Source: Bacteroidales bacterium (GTDB lineage Bacteria; Bacteroidota; Bacteroidia; Bacteroidales; UBA932). From it: 64,000 nucleotides of DNA. The position numbers and the translations under genes were made by a program. The stretch covers positions 38,506 through 102,505 of the forward strand of contig JBAYYV010000003.1 in the NCBI GenBank assembly GCA_041672845.1, given 5' to 3'. The notes below the pieces were generated by a model. It did not search any database and was not told where the DNA came from. It saw only the letters and a list, made by a program, of their open reading frames with translations. Positions 39,127 through 46,538 of the stretch are shown piece by piece (the first letter of the stretch is position 1; each line of letters starts with the position of its first letter).

Positions 39127-39414
39127 ATGAAAAAAGGAAGAGCTATATTAGTGAGTGAGATTCTCAGAAAATATCTGAAGGGTTCAGGCCTAGATAAAGA
39201 TATGAAACGTATAGAGATTCTTATGGCTTGGGATGAAATTAGTGGAGTAGAAATAAAGGATAGAACTCAACGATATTTTAAAGATGGGGTCTTATATGTT
39301 ACTGTAAATTCATCTATGCTTAGAACAAATCTTTATTATCAGAAAGAAGGTTTATTAAGAGAATTAAATTCCAAATTTACAGATAATCCAGTCCATAAAA
39401 TAGTCCTCAAGTAA
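39127..39414 (+). CDS. DUF721 (DciA-like) protein
   Basis: 95 aa with the pattern ILMAWDEISG....GVLYVTVNSSMLRTNL typical of DUF721, in the conserved position downstream of recF. Confidence 0.7.
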   Translation: MKKGRAILVSEILRKYLKGSGLDKDMKRIEILMAWDEISGVEIKDRTQRYFKDGVLYVTVNSSMLRTNLYYQKEGLLRELNSKFTDNPVHKIVLK

Positions 39415-39526
39415 TAGTCCTCAAGTAATAGTTCTCAAGTAATAGTTCTCAAGCAATAGTCCTCAAGTAATAGTTCTCAAGCAATAGTCCTCAAGTAATA
39501 GTTCTCAAGTAATAGTCCTCAAGTAA
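39401..39526 (+). repeat. 14-bp minisatellite, 9 tandem copies (TAGTYCTCAAGYAA)
   Basis: Counted directly: units start at 39401, 39415, 39429, 39443, 39457, 39471, 39485, 39499 and 39513. The first unit is the last 14 nt (IVLK*) of the DUF721 gene. Two polymorphic positions (C/T at 5, T/C at 12) occur, and there are stop codons in all three frames. Confidence 0.95.
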
Positions 39527-39538
39527 TATGTGGTAAGC

Positions 39539-40711
39539 ATGAAAATAATAGTAGACAAAAATATCCCATACCTAAAATCAGTTTTAGAGCCTTATGCAGA
39601 AGTAAAATATATGGATGGCGGGGATATCGATTTCGAAAGTTCAAAAAATGCAGATGCTTTGATTATCCGTACTAGAACTAAATGTAATAAATATTTATTA
39701 GAAGCGATTACTAAAACCCAGACAGAAAATTCTATTAGGGATTCTAAACTTAAAGGCCATGTGTCACATTCTAAAGTATCTATTATAGCGACTGCGACTA
39801 TTGGCACAGATCATTGTGATACTAATTATCTAAAATCAAATATTATAGTATTGGCAAATGCTCCTGGCTGCAATGCCGGAGGAGTAATGCAATATGTTTG
39901 GACTTCATTATATATGTTAGCATATGGTGATAAGTTTAAAGATTATAAAGGTCGTTCTGGAGTAAATATTGATTCACATATATATAATATAGGTATAGTA
40001 GGAGTAGGAAACACTGGAGGCAGAGTAGCGGATCTAGGAGAAAAACTTGGATATAAAGTGTTAAGGAATGACCCTCCTAGAGTAGAAAAAGAAAATATTA
40101 TTACTTATGATGGGAATATATCTAGTTATCCTAAAGGAGCTTTCTGTAATCTTGATTATCTATTGGAACATGCAGATATCATAAGTCTTCATCTTCCCCT
40201 TAATTCTACTACTATTCATATGGCAGACAGGCAGTTCTATAAAAAATGGAAACATCCTCACATCTTTATAAATGCTTGTAGAGGTGAATGTGTAGATGAA
40301 GCTGAATTACTGAAGTTTAAGGAGAATTTAGATGGCTTGATTATAGATGTTTGGAATGACGAACCAGCGAATATTTCATTAGCCTTATTGGCGGCAGCCG
40401 ATATTACTACACCTCATATAGCTGGATATTCCATAGAAGGGAAAATGAATGGTACGGCTATGGCAGTTAGAGCTATTGCTAAGCATTTTAAAATTAAAGA
40501 ATTATATAATTTTTACCCAGCAGAAAAACAGCAGTTCGAAGATGATAATTTTATCGATATGACAGAAGTTTCAGGTTTTGAATTAGCTAAGAAATTACAT
40601 AAAATATTTCCAATAGAAGGAATATCTAATCGTTTACAAGCGAATCCTAGAGAGTTTGAAAAGATTAGAAAATCGTATGAATTACGAAGAGAGTTTTGTT
40701 ATAAAAAATAG
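39539..40711 (+). CDS. pdxB: 4-phosphoerythronate dehydrogenase PdxB
   Basis: N-terminal MKIIVDKNIPY, a D-2-hydroxyacid dehydrogenase NAD motif (GIVGVGNTGGRV), NACRGE and TPHIAGYS. It has a lineage-specific insert of about 25 aa. ATG 39539 is preferred over GTG 39530. Confidence 0.85.
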   Translation: MKIIVDKNIPYLKSVLEPYAEVKYMDGGDIDFESSKNADALIIRTRTKCNKYLLEAITKTQTENSIRDSKLKGHVSHSKVSIIATATIGTDHCDTNYLKSNIIVLANAPGCNAGGVMQYVWTSLYMLAYGDKFKDYKGRSGVNIDSHIYNIGIVGVGNTGGRVADLGEKLGYKVLRNDPPRVEKENIITYDGNISSYPKGAFCNLDYLLEHADIISLHLPLNSTTIHMADRQFYKKWKHPHIFINACRGECVDEAELLKFKENLDGLIIDVWNDEPANISLALLAAADITTPHIAGYSIEGKMNGTAMAVRAIAKHFKIKELYNFYPAEKQQFEDDNFIDMTEVSGFELAKKLHKIFPIEGISNRLQANPREFEKIRKSYELRREFCYKK

Positions 40712-40744
40712 ATAAAAATTTTAAGTGAGTAATATTTTTATAAA

Positions 40745-40796
40745 AAATCTAAAATCCATAAGAAAATTAAAATCCATAAAAATCTAAAATTTATAA
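40745..40796 (+). repeat. Degenerate 17-18-bp tandem repeat x3 (AAATCTAAAATCCATAAG-like)
   Basis: Read directly in the pdxB-downstream intergenic region. Confidence 0.7.
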
Positions 40797-40931
40797 ACAA
40801 ATAAGAAATAAAGAAATAGATAATATGTGTAAAAACATTTTTATTCAGAGATAAAGTAGGATAACTTTATAAAAAAATACTTTTCAGACAAAATAAAATA
40901 TAAGACCTTTAACAAGAAAATAATAGATATT

Positions 40932-41711
40932 ATGAAAATCGTAAAGAATAATTTATTTAGAATAAGTGGATTTTTAATAGTCCTTACTATTAGCACGATT
41001 TGTTTCGCTCAGCCATATTTAGCGACTAAAGTAGGAACTAAATTATGTTATGATGAAGTAATAGATTCTAAACAAAATGTAGTAGTAGAAGAGGTTCTTT
41101 CTTCTGAAAACAGGGATGGGAAAGTTTTTGTAGTAACTAATATGATTTCTGGGAAAGATACTATTAAAATGCGAAAAGAAATTCAGGGAAATGATTATTT
41201 TTATAATCCAGTCGAAGGTATTTATGAAACTATGATAGACAAAGGAGTGGAAGAAGCTATTAAAGATGCTAAAAAAGATGGTGAAGAATTTACTACTGAA
41301 CAGATAAATGAGTTACAAGATAAGCTTAGAGCTAAATTAAAAATATCTGGAAAATCAGCTTTATATCCTGAAAATATGAAAGTGGGAGATAAATTACCAG
41401 AAAGTAAGATAAAACTTAAGATTCTTTTGTTTAGTATGAAATCTTATATTGAAGATAGAGAGGTAATTAAAGAAGAAGATGTAACTACATCTGCTGGTAC
41501 ATTCCATTGTATTTGTCTCAGTCAGAGGGAAATAATGAAAGCTCTCGGTAATAAATCTGATCAAGTAGTAGAATATTATTTAGCTAAGAATATAGGGATA
41601 GTTAAATCCATCGCAAGAGAGGATGGCAAAGTAGTAGGAACTACTACATTATCTTCTATTGATTGGGTGAAACCAGTTGAAAAAGTAATTTCCAATACTC
41701 CCAATAAGTAA
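40932..41711 (+). CDS. Secreted hypothetical protein (paralog A)
   Basis: SPI-type signal peptide (LTISTICFAQP). It shares SALYPENMKVGDKLPE and TTSAGTFHCICL motifs with the next ORF. I recognise no family. Confidence 0.5.
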   Translation: MKIVKNNLFRISGFLIVLTISTICFAQPYLATKVGTKLCYDEVIDSKQNVVVEEVLSSENRDGKVFVVTNMISGKDTIKMRKEIQGNDYFYNPVEGIYETMIDKGVEEAIKDAKKDGEEFTTEQINELQDKLRAKLKISGKSALYPENMKVGDKLPESKIKLKILLFSMKSYIEDREVIKEEDVTTSAGTFHCICLSQREIMKALGNKSDQVVEYYLAKNIGIVKSIAREDGKVVGTTTLSSIDWVKPVEKVISNTPNK

Positions 41712-41748
41712 ATTAATAATTAATACTTAATAATATTTATTTCAAATA

Positions 41749-42630
41749 ATGTCTGAATTTTTTTTTGAGAAATATTTACCTTATATGCTTATAAAAGAAT
41801 ATATTAAAAAAATATTATGGCGCAGAACATCATGGTCGATAAGATTTGTTATGAGTTTATCGCTAGGATTTCTGTTATATAATTCCTTTTCTTTGGAAAT
41901 TAATGCAGCAGAAGTAGCCGATCTGGCTAATCTGGCTAATCTGGAAATATTGATAGATGAACCACCGATTAATGAATTTATTTCAGTAGACAGTGTTGCA
42001 TATTTTTGCAATAAAGAAGGATTTACTTTAGAGTATACTAGAAAGAAAGCAGATGGCAGCATTTATTGGTATGACTATTGGAGAATTTATAAAGTAGAGA
42101 AAAATGCTGTTACATATTCTATAGAAATTTTAAATAAGAATAAAAAGCCAAAAATTAAAGAAACTTCTCTATTGACTGCTGTTATTTCTCATAAAAGTGT
42201 AAATGATAATTATTCTGCTGGAGTTTATATAGATACTGGATCTTCTATGGCTGCTATTATGCAAGCATACACTTCTGATTATATTAAATTTACTAGTAAA
42301 GGAGAGAAAAGTTTATTACCCTCTGATATGCAGGTAGGGGATTCTTTGGTTCCAATTTATACTGAAGTATATGCGATGGGACTAACTATGAAAATATCTA
42401 TTAATGATAGAATAGTTTTAAGAAGAGAAAGAATTCATACAGAAATAGGTGATTTTAATTGTATGGTCGTTAGAGAACATAAAATCGAAAAAGGTATGGG
42501 TCGAAATAGAAAAACAATAGGATATACGTGGTATGCTAGAGGTTATGGTATGATACGCCATGACACATACAATATGAATAATGAAAGAATAACTATGGAG
42601 TTGCTTAGTTCTGTAAAGAAAAATCTGTAG
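41749..42630 (+). CDS. Hypothetical exported protein (paralog B)
   Basis: Shares SLLPSDMQVGDSLVP and HTEIGDFNCMVV with paralog A. The true start may be an internal Met (41851, MSLSLGFLLYNSFSLEINA). Confidence 0.45.
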   Translation: MSEFFFEKYLPYMLIKEYIKKILWRRTSWSIRFVMSLSLGFLLYNSFSLEINAAEVADLANLANLEILIDEPPINEFISVDSVAYFCNKEGFTLEYTRKKADGSIYWYDYWRIYKVEKNAVTYSIEILNKNKKPKIKETSLLTAVISHKSVNDNYSAGVYIDTGSSMAAIMQAYTSDYIKFTSKGEKSLLPSDMQVGDSLVPIYTEVYAMGLTMKISINDRIVLRRERIHTEIGDFNCMVVREHKIEKGMGRNRKTIGYTWYARGYGMIRHDTYNMNNERITMELLSSVKKNL

Positions 42631-42638
42631 TCTTATTT

Positions 42639-42769
42639 TATATTATTTTAACTGATTATAAATCTTATAGTTGATAATTAGATTCTTTCGCGATTATTAA
42701 ATCTTATAGCTGATAATTAGATTCTTTCGCGATTATTAAATTCTTTATGTATTATAATGAATCTATTTA
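42639..42769 (+). repeat. Direct repeat copy 1 (73-nt core interrupted by an internal 39-bp x2 expansion)
   Basis: 42639-42688 plus 42747-42769 is identical to 43763-43835. The 39-bp units at 42661-42699 and 42700-42738 differ at one base. Confidence 0.9.
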
Positions 42770-42961
42770 ATAGTCTGTGATATTATATTCATTCTGAAAA
42801 TAGTAATTAGTTATTAATCTCTACTAGTGGAAATATATGAAATTTCTATATTAAGAATATTTATATCTGGTTCTATAATATGTACCCTTATTGTGAGGTT
42901 CTTTCAAAGACTTTTTAAGATTTTTATTATTTAATAATCAAATTCCGTTTATCCATTTTAT

Positions 42962-43186
42962 GGAAATGTCAATATGTTTCATACAAAGCCGATTTCGTTA
43001 TTTCCTGGTTCTGAAGAGGCTGATTTTACAATAGGAAATGTCATTTTAGGTCATAGAAAGCACTTTTCGTTATTTACTAGTATGATTTCGGTGGTTTTTG
43101 GAATAGGAAATGTCGAAATCAGCCTCACAGAGATTATTTCGTTATTTCCTCACTATTCATATTGGATTGGAAGGAATAGGAAAGTA
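42962..43186 (+). repeat. Diverged 72-bp tandem repeat, about 3.1 copies
   Basis: GGAAATGTC recurs at 42962, 43034 and 43106 (GGAAAGTAT at 43178). TTTCGTTATTT(C/A)C recurs at 42993, 43065 and 43137. The period is exactly 72, and intervening bases are partly conserved. Confidence 0.85.
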
Positions 43187-43455
43187 TTAGAAATTTTATT
43201 TGAGGAATAAAAGGCAACAGCAGTCGAAGGTTAGAATAAATAATTGTGGTCTTTTGTTGTTTTCTAATGTTTTAAATATAGATTTAAAAGATTCAGAGAA
43301 CCCACGAAATCTTAAAGGAGAAATTTTTAAATTTCTTTCTAAAATTTAATTTTCACTGTGTAGCCAAGAGTAGGAGCGTAACATCTTAGTGATGTTTCTT
43401 AGTGATGTTTAAGATCTATAGAGGACATCCATGTAACCCTATTCGTTTGATGTGT

Positions 43456-43620
43456 GAAACACTTATTTTGAAACTGGTACATTGAAACTCGTATATGGAA
43501 CTGGTATATTGAAACTCGTACATTAAAACTAGTACGTTGAAACTGGTACATTGAAACTCGTATATGGAACTGGTACATTGAAACTCGTATATGGAACTCG
43601 TACATTGAAAAAGTTATACT
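43456..43620 (+). repeat. 13/14-bp tandem array, about 11-12 copies (GAAACTSGTAYATT-like), iteron-like
   Basis: Read directly: GAAACTGGTACATT, GAAACTCGTATATG, GAACTGGTATATT, GAAACTCGTACATT, AAAACTAGTACGTT and further units, with degenerate units at both ends. Confidence 0.9.
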
Positions 43621-43762
43621 CGATATCAAAGAGAAAAAAACGAAAGCTATTCCGTAAACGAGCTGCGAGAAAACCAACAATAATATATTTGGAGATAATA
43701 TCAATATTATGCGCGTTACTGCTGCTTATAATTTTAAAAGAGCAATGAATGCTCTTTGGTTC

Positions 43763-43835
43763 TATATTATTTTAACTGATTATAAATCTTATAGTTGATA
43801 ATTAGATTCTTTATGTATTATAATGAATCTATTTA
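43763..43835 (+). repeat. Direct repeat copy 2 (73 nt, uninterrupted)
   Basis: Identical to the two halves of copy 1. It lies 43 nt upstream of the promoter box of the B12 riboswitch. Confidence 0.9.
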
Positions 43836-43877
43836 TTTAATTAAATAGGTTTATTTTTTTATGTAAAAATAATACGA

Positions 43878-43885
43878 TATATTTG
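43878..43885 (+). promoter_or_regulatory. -7 promoter box (TATATTTG) for the cobalamin riboswitch operon
   Basis: Matches TAnnTTTG, about 15-20 nt upstream of the riboswitch P1 region. Confidence 0.45.
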
Positions 43886-43899
43886 CGACGTTAAATAAT

Positions 43900-44095
43900 T
43901 AAAGGTTTATCATGTACTTCATGTACTGATAATTAAAAGGGAAAGTTGTGAAATTCAGCTACAGTTCCCGCTGCTGTAAGTTCATCCTTAGTATTAATAA
44001 ATTTAGTAATAAGGAAATCTCAGATTTCAAATAGCCACTGATGTAAATTGGGAAGGCACTGAGATAATGAATAAGTCAGAAGACCTACCTCTAAT
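43900..44095 (+). promoter_or_regulatory. Cobalamin (B12) riboswitch
   Basis: AAAAGGGAAAGUUGUGAAAUUCAGCUACAGUUCCCGCUGCUGUAAG core, then GCCACUG, GGGAAGGC and the B12 box AAGUCAGAAGACCUACC. Confidence 0.88.
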
Positions 44096-44209
44096 AATAA
44101 CTATTGTTTAATCCTACGGAGAATAGGGTTTGCACTGATATTCTCATAAATACTCCATTTATATAAAGTTTATCTTTTGCTTACTTCTTTTCTTTAAAAT
44201 TTTAATTTT

Positions 44210-45244
44210 ATGAAAAAGAATTTTTACTTATTTGCTATTTTTATGTTGTTTCTGACAGCCTTTGTCTTTACTTCTTGTAGTCAATACGACAGAGATGTAT
44301 CTGTTTCTGAAGAAGCATGGATAAGAATGCCAGATGAAAATTCATCTCCTTATGTAACTAAAGTATTTGATTATATAGCTGCACCTGGTCAGTTTACAAA
44401 CTGCCTGCCTACCTGTAAAAAGGGTGAACCTAAAGATTCTGTGATAGCGAGATGTGAAAAAGTACTTGTAGGTCCAGAAAATGGCGGACTTATCACATTA
44501 GGAGGATTCGGTGGATATATAATAGTCGGTTTCGATCATACTATCCAGAATGTAGCTGGGAAGAGAGACTTTAGAGTTAAAGGTAATACTTTTTGGAATA
44601 ATTCATCTAATAAAGATGCAGATAGTATGTCTGGGAGTAGCGAACCTGGTATTATAGAAGTTTCAAGTGATATAAATATGAATGGTGAACCAGATGACAC
44701 ATGGTATGAAATAGCTGGTAGTGAATATAAGAAATCAGAATCAGTAAAAAATTACGAAATAACATTCTGTAAACCTGAAACAAGACCTGATGGTGCTGAA
44801 GTAAAAGATATCAAATGGAAGGAATATATCAAATGGATAGATAATCAAAAGAATACAGGATATAGACCTAAAAATGGTTGCAAGAAGCAACCTTGTTTTC
44901 CATTATGGGTTGAAAGAGATACAGTGACGTTTAAAGGACATCTTCTTCCTAAGAATGGTAAAAAGGAAAGTGCTGATAATTGGGTATTATCTTCATTTGC
45001 TTATGGTTATGCAGATAATGCTCCTAATGATAATGATGTGTCAGCTATAGATATTGACTGGGCAGTAAAAGAAGATGGTACCAAGGCTAATTTACATGGA
45101 GTTGATTTTATACGTGTTTATAATGGTGAAAATCAAGAATGTGGTTGGTTAGGTGAAACCTCTACAGAAATATCAGGTTTTGTAGATCTACACTTAACTG
45201 AAGAAAATATAGAGACTGTAGAAGCTATAGATACTGAAAAATAA
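44210..45244 (+). CDS. Surface lipoprotein of unknown function, first gene of the B12-riboswitch operon
   Basis: Lipobox FVFTSCSQ; 344 aa. I recognise no family. Its function is inferred only from riboswitch context. Confidence 0.5.
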   Translation: MKKNFYLFAIFMLFLTAFVFTSCSQYDRDVSVSEEAWIRMPDENSSPYVTKVFDYIAAPGQFTNCLPTCKKGEPKDSVIARCEKVLVGPENGGLITLGGFGGYIIVGFDHTIQNVAGKRDFRVKGNTFWNNSSNKDADSMSGSSEPGIIEVSSDINMNGEPDDTWYEIAGSEYKKSESVKNYEITFCKPETRPDGAEVKDIKWKEYIKWIDNQKNTGYRPKNGCKKQPCFPLWVERDTVTFKGHLLPKNGKKESADNWVLSSFAYGYADNAPNDNDVSAIDIDWAVKEDGTKANLHGVDFIRVYNGENQECGWLGETSTEISGFVDLHLTEENIETVEAIDTEK

Positions 45245-45310
45245 ATAATTTTTATATCCTAAAATCTAGCATTTATGAATTTAGGATTATTAATAATATA
45301 GGGATCATAT

Positions 45311-46495
45311 ATGAAAATCAATCAATCAATAGTAAGGCTAATAAGCTTTTTAGTATTTGGTATTTTAGTGCTTTGGTCTTGTAGAAAAGAAGAAATTATT
45401 ATTCCTCCCACTTATACTCAAGTAACTAAAGGAGTATCGGTATCTCCTATCAAAGAATCTATTAAAGGATTCTATTTATTAAATGAAGGTAATATGGGTA
45501 GTAATAAATGCACTCTGGATTATTTTGATTATGAAACTGGAAAATATGTGAAAAACATATATGCATATAGAAATCCTGGAGTAGTTAAGGAATTAGGTGA
45601 TGTAGGTAATGATATACAGATATATGATAATAAAATCTTCTGTGTAATTAATTGTTCTAATTTTATAGAAGTGATGGATTCTAAGGCTAAACACATCACA
45701 CAGATTTCTATACCTAACTGTCGATATATAAGGTTTAAAAATGATTTTGCATACGTTTCTTCATATGCTGGACCTGTAGCTATAAATTCAAATGCTCGTA
45801 AGGGATATGTGTTTAAAATAGATTTGAACTCGTGGAAAGTAGAAGATAGCTGTGTAGTAGGTTATCAGCCTGAAGAATTAGAAATAATAGGTGATAAGTT
45901 ATATGTAGTTAATTCTGGTGGATATACATCTTTAAATTATGATAATACTGTATCAGTTATAGATTTAAAGACTTTTACCGAAACTAAAAAAATAGAAGTG
46001 GCCATTAATCTTCATGGGATAGAACAAGTGGGAAATGATAAATTATATATTTCTTCTAGAGGTGATTATAATACTGTTAGTTCACAAACATATATAATAA
46101 ATACCAAAGATGATACTGTTTCAGAATTCCCTGAATCACTTCCTAATACCAATATGTCTCATTTTAAGGATTCATTATATTTATATTCTAGTGATTGGAG
46201 TTCTAAAACTAATAAGACCACTATTTCATATGCACTAGTAAATACTCAACAAGATTTAATACTAGCTAAAAATCTTATTAAAGATGGAACAGATGTAGAT
46301 ATAAAAATTCCTTATGGAATAGCTGTGAATCCTGAAACAAAAGACTTTTTTGTGACAGATGCAGGTAACTATGTCACACCAGGAACTCTTTACTGTTTCG
46401 ATAAGGATGGAATTAAAAAATGGGAGGTTATTACCGGTGATATCCCTGCGCATATAGCATTTACCACTGTTCGATTAGAAGGTTTATTTAATTAA
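45311..46495 (+). CDS. Beta-propeller surface lipoprotein (YncE/DUF5074-like); candidate BtuG-type cobalamin-capture protein
   Basis: Lipobox VLWSCRK and repeated propeller-blade-like segments (GNDIQIYDNKIFCV, GDKLYVVNSGG, NDKLYISSRGD, PYGIAVNPETKDFFVTDAG). It lies adjacent to the TonB receptor. Confidence 0.55.
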   Translation: MKINQSIVRLISFLVFGILVLWSCRKEEIIIPPTYTQVTKGVSVSPIKESIKGFYLLNEGNMGSNKCTLDYFDYETGKYVKNIYAYRNPGVVKELGDVGNDIQIYDNKIFCVINCSNFIEVMDSKAKHITQISIPNCRYIRFKNDFAYVSSYAGPVAINSNARKGYVFKIDLNSWKVEDSCVVGYQPEELEIIGDKLYVVNSGGYTSLNYDNTVSVIDLKTFTETKKIEVAINLHGIEQVGNDKLYISSRGDYNTVSSQTYIINTKDDTVSEFPESLPNTNMSHFKDSLYLYSSDWSSKTNKTTISYALVNTQQDLILAKNLIKDGTDVDIKIPYGIAVNPETKDFFVTDAGNYVTPGTLYCFDKDGIKKWEVITGDIPAHIAFTTVRLEGLFN

Positions 46496-46538
46496 AAAAG
46501 TATTGATAAAGTATTAAAAAAGTATTAGAGCTGATTAT

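Noticed and set aside
42962-43186. Possible degenerate CRISPR array (72-bp period, conserved blocks separated by variable sequence)
   Set aside because: The segments between the conserved blocks are themselves partly conserved between units, so the whole 72 bp is a diverged tandem repeat. The implied spacers (22-28 nt) are too short. There are only 3 units and no cas genes in the window.
43399-43748. ORFs 43399-43704 (minus, 101 aa) and 43551-43748 (plus, 65 aa, TTG start)
   Set aside because: Both are open mainly because they run through the stop-free 13/14-bp tandem array. They give repetitive products (SMYQFHIRV... and KLVYGTGTL...) and lack ATG starts or any family resemblance.
42631-43900. 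Chromosomal replication origin (AT-rich repeats near recF, yidC and rnpB-type genes)
   Set aside because: No good DnaA boxes are present. The best matches are TTATCCATT at about 42949 and TGTGGTCTT at about 43245, each with 2-3 mismatches. No dnaA or dnaN gene is adjacent. The 13/14-mers are not AT-rich DUE-like elements. This cannot be excluded without GC-skew analysis, but it is unsupported.
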